The notes beneath the pieces are model-generated. The model had not been told where the DNA came from. It did not search any database and worked only from the letters and a program-made list of their open reading frames with translations. A stretch of DNA of 44,413 bases, filler included, from a candidate division TA06 bacterium SM23_40 (GTDB lineage: Bacteria; LJUI01; SM1-40), in assembly GCA_001303705.1 (NCBI GenBank). It is 4 parts of 4 records of this genome, joined end to end, with 100 filler letters (N's around TTAATTAATTAA, not from the genome) between each part and the next. Parts side by side here need not be neighbours in the genome. Positions count along the whole stretch, not along the records: positions 24,137 to 37,911 come from LJUI01000061.1; positions 38,012 to 44,413 come from LJUI01000183.1; 2 more parts are not named here. One strand, 5' to 3'. The position numbers and the translations under genes were made by a program. This document shows positions 28,423 to 38,070 of the stretch, piece by piece. How positions within the stretch are numbered: position 1 is the stretch's first letter; each line of letters opens with the position of its first letter.

Positions 28423-29631
28423 ATGCTGCCGTTTCTCACCGATCACCATCTCGAATGGAAGGAAAAAGCTCGAGCGCTGGCAGAGAACGTTGTGCGACCG
28501 ATCGCCAGGGAGTACGATGAGGCCCAGGAATACCCGACGGAGGTGAAGGACGCTCTCGCGAAAGAAGGGTTCATGGGGTTGTGGATCTCTCCTGACTATG
28601 GAGGCTCAGGATCCGGTCTCCTCACCCTCTGCGTATGCGTGGAGGAGCTCTCGCGGGCCTGTGGAGGGATTGGCGTCGCCTATGCGGTCAACGCGCTCGG
28701 ATCCTTTCCTATCATTGTCGCAGGCACAGAAGACCAGAAGAAGCGGTATCTTCCCGGAATTGCCACAGGAGAGACGCTCACGGCGTTCGGCCTGTCCGAG
28801 AAGTTCGCCGGGAGCGACGCGGGAAGCATCCGATCGACTGCGGTCAAGGACGGGGATGAGTACATTATCAACGGCGAGAAGAAATGGACGACCAACGGAG
28901 GAGTGGCGCATCTATACAGCGTATTTGCCGTGACGGACCCTGAATCCAAATCGCGTCGGACGAGCGCATTCATCGTTCCGAAGGGCACCCCGGGATTCGA
29001 GTTCGGCAAGACGGAAGACAAGATGGGCATCCGCGCCGCACCTGTTCGAGAACTCCGCTTCACTGACTGTCGCGTACCGACAGAGAACCTGATCGGCGGG
29101 CAGCCAGGACTCGGATTCAAACACGCCATGATGACGCTCGACCATGCCCGCCCGGGAGTGGCGGCACAGGCCGTCGGTCTCGCCCAGGGAGCCCTCGAGT
29201 ACGCCACCTACTATGCGATCAAGCGCGAGCAGTTCGGCGGCCCCATCTCCTCGTTTCAGATGATCCAACAGATGCTCGCCGAGATGTCCGCCAAGGTCGA
29301 TGCAGCACGCTACCTCGTCTATGCGGCAGCCGATGCACTCGAGCGGAAACTCCCCAACACGTCGAAGTTGGCGGCCGAGGCAAAGCTCCTGGCGACCGAT
29401 ACAGCAATGGAGGTAACGACGAACGCCGTCCAGATCTTCGGCGGATATGGGTTCATGAAAGACTACCCGATCGAGAAGTATATGCGCGACGCAAAGATCA
29501 CCCAGATCTATGAAGGCACCAACCAGGTACAACGCCTGGTGATCGCCAGGGCTCTGGTCAAGGAGGCGTCTCAGCTCAGCTTCCTCGATCCCTACATTCC
29601 AAAGGAAGTTCAGAAAGGAGTCAATGACTGA
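28423..29631 (+). CDS. Acyl-CoA dehydrogenase (short-chain/butyryl type)
   Basis: FGLSE..AGSDA, NGEKKWTTNG, EDKMGIR, REQFG, QIFGGYG, RDAKITQIYEGTNQVQR. Confidence 0.95.
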   Translation: MLPFLTDHHLEWKEKARALAENVVRPIAREYDEAQEYPTEVKDALAKEGFMGLWISPDYGGSGSGLLTLCVCVEELSRACGGIGVAYAVNALGSFPIIVAGTEDQKKRYLPGIATGETLTAFGLSEKFAGSDAGSIRSTAVKDGDEYIINGEKKWTTNGGVAHLYSVFAVTDPESKSRRTSAFIVPKGTPGFEFGKTEDKMGIRAAPVRELRFTDCRVPTENLIGGQPGLGFKHAMMTLDHARPGVAAQAVGLAQGALEYATYYAIKREQFGGPISSFQMIQQMLAEMSAKVDAARYLVYAAADALERKLPNTSKLAAEAKLLATDTAMEVTTNAVQIFGGYGFMKDYPIEKYMRDAKITQIYEGTNQVQRLVIARALVKEASQLSFLDPYIPKEVQKGVND

Positions 29632-30388
29632 CAGGCGCATGCGGTTCGCGGATAAGGCGGCACTCGTAACCGGGGGGTCGAGGGGAATCGGCCGGGCAAT
29701 CGCCCTCCGACTCGCCGCAGAAGGGGCCGACGTTGCGCTTACGTTCGTCAAGAATGAGGCCGCGGCGAGCGATGTTGCAAAGGAGATCGAAGAGCTCGGC
29801 CGAAGGGGCATCGCAATTCAGGCCGACGTGGGAAAACCCGAAGATATCCGGCGCATCTTCCAGATCTGCAAGGAGCTGTTCGGCCAACTCGACATCTTCG
29901 TCTCGAATGCGGTGTCCGGGGTGGTGGGGCCGACGACCCGCATCGGCAAGTTCGGATGGGGCAGGGCAATGGATGTCAACGCCCGGGCGTTCCTGCTCGG
30001 CGCCCAGGAGGCCGCACGGCTGATGGAGGGATCGGGCGGGGCTATCATCGCCCTTTCGAGTATCGGCGCGGTGCGGTGCCTTCCCGGGTATGGGGCCGTG
30101 GGAGCATCGAAGGCCGCCATCGAGTGCCTCACGAGATATCTGGCGGCAGAGCTTGCGCCACGGGGGATTCGCGTCAACGCGGTCTCCGGAGGCCCCGTGA
30201 ACACGGAAGCACTCAACTATTTTCCCGAGACAGAGGAACTGAAGAAAGCCTGGCAGGAGCGCACGCCTGCCGGGAGGATCGCCGATCCAGACGATATCGC
30301 TCACGTCGTTCTGTTTCTCTGTTCGGACGAATCGCGGTGGATATGCGGGCAGACGATCATCGCCGACGGCGGCCTCTCACTCGTCTGA
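29624..30388 (+). CDS. SDR oxidoreductase, FabL-like enoyl-ACP reductase
   Basis: TGGSRGIG, VSNAVSG, Y.AVGASKAAIE.LTRYLA.EL, NAVSGGPV.TEAL..FP. Confidence 0.85.
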   Translation: MTDRRMRFADKAALVTGGSRGIGRAIALRLAAEGADVALTFVKNEAAASDVAKEIEELGRRGIAIQADVGKPEDIRRIFQICKELFGQLDIFVSNAVSGVVGPTTRIGKFGWGRAMDVNARAFLLGAQEAARLMEGSGGAIIALSSIGAVRCLPGYGAVGASKAAIECLTRYLAAELAPRGIRVNAVSGGPVNTEALNYFPETEELKKAWQERTPAGRIADPDDIAHVVLFLCSDESRWICGQTIIADGGLSLV

Positions 30389-30516
30389 GTCACAGCGATT
30401 TTCATCTGCGTCCTCGAGCGTTGCGCAACAGAAGAGGTCGCGCACGGACGAGCGAAAGCATAGACAGAGAACGGAGTATCAATCCTCCCCCGCTCTGAAA
30501 GGACTGGCCGAGCGAG

Positions 30517-31419
30517 ATGGACCCACTCAACAGATCGATAGCGACTCTCGTGCCTCTCCTCCCCAAACCGGTCGTCCGGCTCTTCTCCAGGCGGTACATA
30601 GCGGGGGACACCCTCGACGATGCAATCCGGGTCGTCCGGTCGCTGAATAGCGACGGCATGATGGCCACCCTTGACGTGCTGGGAGAGCACACCACGCAGC
30701 GCGAGAACGCGGCCGCGGCACGCGATGCGTACTTCGAGGTCCTTCAGGCGATCGATGAACACAAGATCGATTCGAACATCTCGGTCAAGCTCACACAGCT
30801 GGGTCTCAAGCTCGACAGATCACTCTGCGAGCAGAACATTGAGGCGATCGTCGCGAGGGCGAGAGACTACAACAACTTCGTACGCATCGACATGGAGGAC
30901 AGAACGTGCACCGCCGACACGCTCGACATCTTCACCGCCCTGCGCAGCAGGCACGATAACGTCGGAATCGTCATCCAGGCGTACCTCCGACGCACGCTCA
31001 CGGATGTCGAACGCCTCATCGAATGCTCTGCGAACGTGCGCGTCTGTAAGGGCGCGTACATAGAACCGCGCACCATCGCCTACAAGAGTCCAACGATCAT
31101 CAACCGCAACTTCTCGTTGCTCGTGGAAGAACTTCTGTCGCATGGATGCTATGTGGGGATTGCGACACACGATGAAGAAGTGATCTGGTCTGCATATCGC
31201 ATCGCTCACGTCCGGGGGCTCGAACCGCATCGATACGAGTTCCAGATGTTGCTCGGCGTCAATGACGAGCTCGCGAGGCTCATCGTCCAGGCCGGGCACC
31301 GTCTGCGAATCTATGTACCATTCGGCCCTCACTGGTTCGCATATTCCAAGAGACGGCTCAGGGAAAATCCCCGAATCGCCGGCTATGTCTTGCAGAATCT
31401 CTTCACAAAGAGGGGTTGA
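30517..31419 (+). CDS. Monofunctional proline dehydrogenase
   Basis: RYIAG, LDVLGE, SVKLTQLG, RIDMED, QAYL, KGAY.EP, ATHD, FQMLLGV, YVPFG, RRLRENP. Confidence 0.95.
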   Translation: MDPLNRSIATLVPLLPKPVVRLFSRRYIAGDTLDDAIRVVRSLNSDGMMATLDVLGEHTTQRENAAAARDAYFEVLQAIDEHKIDSNISVKLTQLGLKLDRSLCEQNIEAIVARARDYNNFVRIDMEDRTCTADTLDIFTALRSRHDNVGIVIQAYLRRTLTDVERLIECSANVRVCKGAYIEPRTIAYKSPTIINRNFSLLVEELLSHGCYVGIATHDEEVIWSAYRIAHVRGLEPHRYEFQMLLGVNDELARLIVQAGHRLRIYVPFGPHWFAYSKRRLRENPRIAGYVLQNLFTKRG

Positions 31420-31576
31420 TCGCCGCCGTAAGAGCCATAGTCACTCCCCACCGTCGGCAGTAGCCTGTTCGCCACTCGAGGCGTTCTGAGTAGCATCCGG
31501 CGGCGCACGGAGAGGGCTGCCGGCCCGCTGCCCGCGCCAAATGCGCCCACGACACGAAGATGAGGGAGAACTCGGC

Positions 31577-32203
31577 GTGGATATCGTCCTCCCGGAGATC
31601 AATCAGTATCTCCATGCGATGACGCCCGAACGGGACCCGATCCTCAAGGAGATGGAGGCTCTCGGCGCACGAGATGGATTCCCCCTTGTCGGTCCGCTCG
31701 TCGGCAGGTTTCTGTACCAGATGACGATCATCGCGCGGGCGCAGCGGGTCTTCGAGATGGGATCCGGCTTCGGGTATTCCGCTTATTGGTTCGCGGCGGC
31801 CATGGCCCAGGGTGGACAGGTGATCTGTACCGACACAAGTGAAGATCGGTTGCGCTACGCGCGCGCATTCTTCACCCGGGCAGGACTCGAGGACCGCATC
31901 GTCTGCAAGGTGGGCAATGCACTCGACATCCTCCGCACTGAGCCAGGACCCTTTGACATCATCTTCAACGATATCGACAAACAGGACTATCCACAGGCGT
32001 TCAGGTTGGCGATGGAAAAGCTGAGACCCGGGGGAATCCTCATAACCGATAACGTCCTCTGGTCAGGAGAGGTGCTTGCCGAGGACCCGGACGCGGAGAC
32101 TAAGGCGATTCTCGAATTCAACGACCTCATCTACCGAACAGAGGGTGTCTTCAGCACTATCGTTCCCCTGAGGGACGGGCTGTCGATCAGCCTCAAACTC
32201 TGA
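31577..32203 (+). CDS. O-methyltransferase (caffeoyl-CoA/COMT family)
   Basis: EMGSGFGYS, FDIIFNDIDK, GGILITDNVLWSG, PLRDG. Confidence 0.9.
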   Translation: MDIVLPEINQYLHAMTPERDPILKEMEALGARDGFPLVGPLVGRFLYQMTIIARAQRVFEMGSGFGYSAYWFAAAMAQGGQVICTDTSEDRLRYARAFFTRAGLEDRIVCKVGNALDILRTEPGPFDIIFNDIDKQDYPQAFRLAMEKLRPGGILITDNVLWSGEVLAEDPDAETKAILEFNDLIYRTEGVFSTIVPLRDGLSISLKL

Positions 32204-32304
32204 CCCTAATGGCTCGTCCGACGCATAGAAGAACGCATAGATCGCAGCTATTCTGTCGCCAGACGATCACAACCCCTAATTCATGACGTGCCGAGAGGCG
32301 GACG

Positions 32305-32514
32305 ATGATCAACCCGCCGCTGCAACATCCGACACAAGAGGTCAGGCGCACCGAGCCGGATAGGGAGATGCCGTGTCGCGACTTCGATTTCGACTGCCTG
32401 GCGCTCGACGGAGTCGTACCGTTCGGCGATTACCGGCGCTGCTATCGGTACGCTCCCGAACTCGGCACCTGCCTCTTCGTCGTCCAGGATGAACCGCGGC
32501 GCACGTCTCCCTAG
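32305..32514 (+). CDS. Putative small 4-Cys protein
   Basis: GAGAGG RBS, GC3-biased codons, PCRDFDFDC...RCYRYAPELGTCLF. Confidence 0.5.
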   Translation: MINPPLQHPTQEVRRTEPDREMPCRDFDFDCLALDGVVPFGDYRRCYRYAPELGTCLFVVQDEPRRTSP

Positions 32515-32653
32515 TCGCCTACCCCGTCTCGCGTAAGAACATAGCGCAGACCTGCACCGTACGGGAAACCAGTGAGGGAAATAGATAACCGGGGCGGCCG
32601 CCGGGACGATGCCAGGATGCTTTTGCGGCAGTGATTGGAGCGTTCTGATTCCG

Positions 32654-33928
32654 ATGGACAAAGCCGATTACATCATCGCCTCCTATCTGCTGGAGACGGA
32701 CGGAGATCTGGAAGAGGCAGCAGACGCGTTGGCCACTGAGCAGTCAACGGGCACGTGGACGGACGTCCCCGGGGAAGGAGAGGCCCGGGAGCGACACGGC
32801 GCCAGGGTGGTCAAGGTGACCAAGCAGGGGGAGCGAGATCGTCCCTCTCTCCCCACGCGTTTCGCACCGCAAGGCGAGGCGCCGACTGCCAGGACCTACT
32901 CCTGGGGGGTCGCAGAGATCGCCTTCCCGCACATCAACTTCGGGCCCCGCCTACCGAACCTCCTGTCGGCCGTCGCGGGGAACCTCTTCGAAATGGGCGC
33001 GTTCACGGCAGTCAAGCTCCTCGACCTCGAACTCCCGGATGAGTTCCTATCCCGGTTCCCCGGCCCCCGGTTCGGAATCGAGGGCACACGCGAGCTGCTC
33101 GGCGTGTTCGATCGCCCTCTCGCAGGGGCCATCGTCAAGCCCTGTGTTGGACTCGGCCCCCGTGAGCTCGCTGACATCGTCTATCAGGCAGCCCGGGGCG
33201 GCCTCGACTTCATAAAGGACGACGAACTCCTCGCCGATCCAGCGTACAACCCCCTCGAGGACCGCGTCGACGCGGTGATGGAGGCTCTGGGTCGCGCGGA
33301 GCAGGAAACGGGCGAGAAGACGATGTATGCATTCAATGTGACAGACCGCTCCGACAGGATTCTCGAACTCCATGACATCGTCGTCGATGGGGGCGGTACG
33401 TGCGTTATGCTCAACTACGTAACGGCCGGATTTGGCGCACTGCGCATGCTCGCCGAGCACACCAGAGTCCCGATCCACGCCCACCGCGACTTCTTCCCGG
33501 CGTTCACGAGGTCTCCCTCCCTGGGGTTGAGCACGAAGGTGTTCACGAAGCTGTCGAGAATTGCCGGCGCCGATCAGCTCCATATCGGTGCATTGGCCGG
33601 CAAGCTCTATGAGACCGACGATGAAGTACTCGAGAACGTGGCAGCTTGCATGGCCGACCTCGACGGCTTGAAGCGAAGCATGCCAGTCTCCTCAGGAGGA
33701 CAGCACGCGGGGAAGGTCCCCCTCACCTGGCGAAAGATGGGCCACCCCGACTACCTCCATCTGAGCGGCGGAGGTGTCTTCGGCCATCCTGACGGGCCCG
33801 AGGCGGGAGCCCGCTCTATCCGTCAGGCGATCGCCGCAACGTCTGAGAGTCGAAGGCTCGAGGATGCAGCGCAGGACCAGGTGGAACTCCGGCGTGCGAT
33901 CGAGTACTTCGGCGAGGTACTCTATTGA
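32654..33928 (+). CDS. RuBisCO-like protein (form IV)
   Basis: EQSTGTW, GNLFE, FPGPRFGIEG, IVKPCVGL, GLDFIKDDE carbamylation motif, SSGG, GGGVFGHPDG. No small subunit gene nearby. Confidence 0.92.
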   Translation: MDKADYIIASYLLETDGDLEEAADALATEQSTGTWTDVPGEGEARERHGARVVKVTKQGERDRPSLPTRFAPQGEAPTARTYSWGVAEIAFPHINFGPRLPNLLSAVAGNLFEMGAFTAVKLLDLELPDEFLSRFPGPRFGIEGTRELLGVFDRPLAGAIVKPCVGLGPRELADIVYQAARGGLDFIKDDELLADPAYNPLEDRVDAVMEALGRAEQETGEKTMYAFNVTDRSDRILELHDIVVDGGGTCVMLNYVTAGFGALRMLAEHTRVPIHAHRDFFPAFTRSPSLGLSTKVFTKLSRIAGADQLHIGALAGKLYETDDEVLENVAACMADLDGLKRSMPVSSGGQHAGKVPLTWRKMGHPDYLHLSGGGVFGHPDGPEAGARSIRQAIAATSESRRLEDAAQDQVELRRAIEYFGEVLY

Positions 33929-33931
33929 GCC

Positions 33932-34471
33932 ATGGAGGACTCATTCCGCGTCAGAGGCCGCGACTCTCGACTCTCACCTGAGGATTTGATTAAGATCGAG
34001 CGCCATCCGATCCACGTGGTCCTCGACAACCTGAGGAGCGCGTTCAACGTCGGATCCATCTTCCGCACTGCCGACGCCGCCCTCGTCGAGAGACTGCATC
34101 TGTGCGGAATCACCGCCTATCCTCCACATCAGAAGCTCGACAAGACCGCGATGGGCGCGCTCGACTATGTGCCCTGGGAACATCATCCCGACACCCGAGA
34201 CGCAGTCCTGAGCCTCAAGGATCGAGGCATGCCGATCGTCTGCCTCGAACCCGCCGACATCAGCAAGCGCTTCTGGGAGATCGAATACCCCAGGCCCGTC
34301 TGTCTCGTCCTGGGCAACGAGGCGCTAGGAATATCGCGGGATGTGCTCCACCTCGCCGACCACCTGGTACACATCCCCATGCTCGGCTTCAAGAATTCGA
34401 TCAATGTGGCCACTGCATTCGGGGTGGTCGTCTTCGAGGTGGTCAGGCAGTACCGGGGCGGACAATGCTAG
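33932..34471 (+). CDS. SpoU/TrmH-family RNA methyltransferase
   Basis: LDNLRSAFNVGSIFRTADA, LGNEALGI, IPMLGFKNSINVA. Confidence 0.93.
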   Translation: MEDSFRVRGRDSRLSPEDLIKIERHPIHVVLDNLRSAFNVGSIFRTADAALVERLHLCGITAYPPHQKLDKTAMGALDYVPWEHHPDTRDAVLSLKDRGMPIVCLEPADISKRFWEIEYPRPVCLVLGNEALGISRDVLHLADHLVHIPMLGFKNSINVATAFGVVVFEVVRQYRGGQC

Positions 34472-34809
34472 AGAGGGATGCTCCCCCGGCGGGCGCAAAA
34501 AAGAACGCCCCGACAGCTTCCTCAACCGCTCAAGAATGAACGGTTAGGAGGTGGAGGATAGCCATCGGGGCAGGGATAGGTGATTTCGTCAGGGCATGTT
34601 CCTGCCTCGCGCTGTAGGGGCCGAGCGCCCTGTATGTATAATGTAGTAGCCCCCTGCGCAAATCCGCAAGGGGAAAATCGCCGGCTACAGGTCTTTCGTC
34701 AGCGCCCTGATGTTCCTCTCGCGGCGCGGCCGGTAGCCGGGGACCGGGCCAGGATCCGCCTCTGCCCGGCCGTGCCGACTCCGCCGGAGACGCGGCCTCT
34801 GAATCTTGC

Positions 34810-35709
34810 CTACCTGTTGCTATCCGTCCTTTCCGTGACCTCACCCCGGGCCCTTCTGCGGTACGCCTCACGCGTCAGAGCCATCTGATCCCCTTCGATC
34901 AGCGTGGGATCTTGCCCCGCGGCGAGAACGGCCAGATAGATCTCCGCAGCCTTCGCCAGCACCTCTACCCTATCGAATGCCCGGGAGAGGGACTCGGCAA
35001 CTGCCACAACGCCGTGCTTCTTCCAGAGGACGATGTCGAACTCCTCGAGAGCTTGCGCAGTGGCCTCGCCAAGCTCCAGAGAACCCGGGATCCGGTAGGG
35101 AATCGAGCCAACACCGGCAGGGAGGTGGAATCGCGTCTCCGGATGGAGGCGGAGGAGCCGATCGAGCACGACATCCGGCTTGTCGGCATAGGCCGGAAGA
35201 TGGGTGAGCGCAATCAGATGCGTGGGGTGCGTATGGAGCACGGCCCTGAGCGAGGGCTTCGCCCGCTTCAGTACGGCGTGTATCGCAGCATGCGCAGGAA
35301 ACTCGCTCGTCACCGGGGAGGCGCCCCAGAGGTGGAGGTATCCCTCCCCGGCCGGGAGGATCCGAATGAGCGCGACATTCTCCTCAGGTGCCACCGCCAC
35401 ATCACGCATTCGCCTGAGCGATCCCGTGATGAGAAGGAGATCTCCTGCCAGGTCGGGGGCCGGGACCGGCATCTTCCCGCCCGCTCCCCCGCCGGAGGCT
35501 CTACCGCCGCGAGATGGAGAGTCTGCACTATGGCGACCCGTGGACGGGCCGCCACCCGAGGCGGCATCCGGGGAAAGAAGATCATCCCGAGTCCGACTCA
35601 ACCTGACTGAGCAGTTACCTGCGTTCGCCTCCGCCCAGCCCCTCTCCGCAAGCCAGCGGGCAACGCGCGCCATCTCCTGGAGCTCTGGAATCGTGTCGAT
35701 TGTCCGCAT
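34810..35709 (-). CDS. Class II aldolase, rhamnulose-1-phosphate aldolase (RhaD)-like
   Basis: GWAEANAGNCS, TSEFPAH, HTHPTH, PGSLELG.AT, W.KHGV. Start set at MRTIDT. Confidence 0.85.
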   Translation of the reverse strand: MRTIDTIPELQEMARVARWLAERGWAEANAGNCSVRLSRTRDDLLSPDAASGGGPSTGRHSADSPSRGGRASGGGAGGKMPVPAPDLAGDLLLITGSLRRMRDVAVAPEENVALIRILPAGEGYLHLWGASPVTSEFPAHAAIHAVLKRAKPSLRAVLHTHPTHLIALTHLPAYADKPDVVLDRLLRLHPETRFHLPAGVGSIPYRIPGSLELGEATAQALEEFDIVLWKKHGVVAVAESLSRAFDRVEVLAKAAEIYLAVLAAGQDPTLIEGDQMALTREAYRRRARGEVTERTDSNR

Positions 35710-35903
35710 CAATGAGATAACCTCTTCGACACACTCACTGGATACCCCACCCCGACGGCCACCCAACCTCAAGCCCACCGTCCTGACCACAGGCCACGAC
35801 CAGACTCAGTCTACACAGACGGGCTCGAATCTGCAAGCAGCAAACCTGTGCTGAGAGGAAGATCTCGCGCCGCCCCCGGCACCAAGAAGGGCCATGAAAA
35901 GAC

Positions 35904-35932
35904 TTGACAAAAGGTCGCCGGAGGAGGAAAAT
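35904..35932 (+). promoter_or_regulatory. Possible sigma70 promoter
   Basis: TTGACA-17 nt-GAAAAT. The -10 is imperfect. Confidence 0.3.
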
Positions 35933-36342
35933 AGCGACTAGAGCGGTGTGGCCCGCGGGGGGATGAGTAGGGTGGCGTTTTCCTCTTCGAGATCTTCTGA
36001 TTCGCCCAATTCCCTGTTGCTTCCCTGGATGTTCTCCTCGCCCTTCGGATCCGAGTACGCCCCAATCCCCGGCACTACGTTCGAACCGCACGCTATCCTG
36101 CGCCGCACACCCGCACACGATTCCCTTCGCGATCGAAACCCGATCCATCACATCGACAATTCCGCTCTACTGAAAGGGGGGATGAACAGAGAGGAACGAA
36201 AACTCATCCTGGCAGCAGGTTTCCACTGTACACAGGCTCGACAGGGGGGTGAGAACGGCACATGAAATCCGGTAGCAAGGGTACGAGAAGGGTACGAGGT
36301 AAATCACTATTCATCGATGGGAGTGAGAGAGGAGGGGGGATC

Positions 36343-37911
36343 ATGTACTCGTCGTGGAAACTCACATCTCTTCTAACCGTGGCCCTTACGCTGGCCGCGG
36401 GCTCGGCACTCTGGGCTGTTGGCGGAACAACTGCACTCGAGGACGGAGCACCCGCCCCTGCAGAGCTGGTTCCGCTCCCGACGATCTCGCCGGCGGCACC
36501 GATGAGCTACAGGCTCGACGCATACCCCGCGGTGCCGGATCTGGAGTGGCCGACACTATCGAACAACATGGCGCGCCAGGGGCACTCACCCTGGCAGATC
36601 GATCCGAATGCGCTCACACTCGCCTGGCAGACAACGGTCACGCACGACATCTTCTACTCCCATCCGGTCGTGGCCGACGGATATGTGTACATCGCCTCCG
36701 GTGGGGCCAGCGCAGGGTTGACGGGACATCTCAACAAGATTGATCTCGCGACCGGCATCAACACACCGCTGTACATCTCTCCCACCACGCAGGGGTTCAT
36801 GCGTACCACGGCCACGGTCAAGGACGGCTTCGTCTTCTTCGGGACGGGAGGAGACAGCACGTTCGTCTGCTACGATGAGGCGACGGGAGCGCTCGTCTGG
36901 ACGGCTACGCACGATGGCGTCAATATCATCAAAGCGCGGTTCCGCTATGCACCCTCGATCGTGGCGGATGGCCTCGTCTACTTCGGCGGAGATGGAGGTG
37001 TGCTGTACTGCGTCGACGAGTATACCGGGATCAAGGCCTGGGAGTTTCCCCTGCCGGGGAACATCTACAACGGTCCGACCCTGGGTACGAACGACCTCCT
37101 GTACATCGGCAACAACTATGCCGGGGCAGTCGACTACTACCTGTACGCGCTCGATCCGATGACCGGCGCGATCGTCTGGTCCTGGTCTCCCCAGGTCCAC
37201 GGCGGCAGCGCGATCGACGACGGGTTCAGCGCGGCCACCTACTATGACCATCCGACATTGGGACCGACGCTCTACTTCGGCACAGGCGATTACAACCTCA
37301 CGCCGCTCGACGGCCACATGTACTGCCTCGACGCCGACACCGGGACGATGATCTGGGCAGTCTACAATGTGGGATCTGCCCAGGCCTCTTCACCGGTGCT
37401 GGCCGAGGGTCCGGACCAGATCGTGGCGATCATCGGATCGCACGATCTCGCCACGATGACCGGGTATGACAGCGAGGACGGGACCGTGGTGTGGCAGTAT
37501 TCGCCGGGCGTCTCGAGCGCCTTTTCGGTGCCGCCCGCCCTCGCCTCGAGCAACGTCGTCTTCTGCGCGGGTCAGCTCGGGTACGGGTTCGCCGCCTGGG
37601 ATGCCTTCACCGGCGTTCTGCTCTGGAACGAACCGAATCCGCTGGCCACGAACGCGATCTCCGGGCCGTGCATTACCAAGAATTCCCATGGGCCCGGGGC
37701 CTACGTCATCTTCGCGGAGGCCGGCACCGCCAACGGCGTAGTCTACTGCTACTACGACGCGACTGCCACGCTCTGTCCCGACGAGGCGTGGTATTTCAAG
37801 GGTGCGTATGAGGACTACGCCCCGGCCGGCATGCCTGACTTCGACCAGAAGCAGGACGGCTGGTGGGTGGGTGCAGACACGAGCTGGACCTTCTGCGGGC
37901 CGACGGCCGTG
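36343..37911 (+). CDS. Secreted PQQ-like/BamB-type beta-propeller protein with the start of a C-terminal cysteine-peptidase-like domain (truncated)
   Basis: Signal peptide, repeated (L/Y)xxxDxxTGxxxW blades, then MPDFDQKQ...WTFCGPTAV at the contig end. Confidence 0.8.
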
Positions 37912-38011
37912 NNNNNNNNNNNNNNNNNNNNNNNNNNNNNNNNNNNNNNNNNNNNTTAATTAATTAANNNNNNNNNNNNNNNNNNNNNNNNNNNNNNNNN
38001 NNNNNNNNNNN
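37912..38011. other. Artificial contig linker
   Basis: N44-TTAATTAATTAA-N44. Confidence 0.99.
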
Positions 38012-38070
38012 GGCGTGGACGCCGGGCACTCTCCCTCGGCCTACGACCCGACTCCCCGGGAGGCACAGGA

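Noticed and set aside
34584..34720. Hammerhead ribozyme from CTGACGA/GAAA on the minus strand
   Set aside because: CTGACGA runs directly into AA with no stem II, and the three-stem core cannot be built.
10064..38011. Three TTAATTAATTAA palindromes in N runs, and ORFs running into them
   Set aside because: Artificial contig linkers. Gene adjacency across them has no biological meaning.
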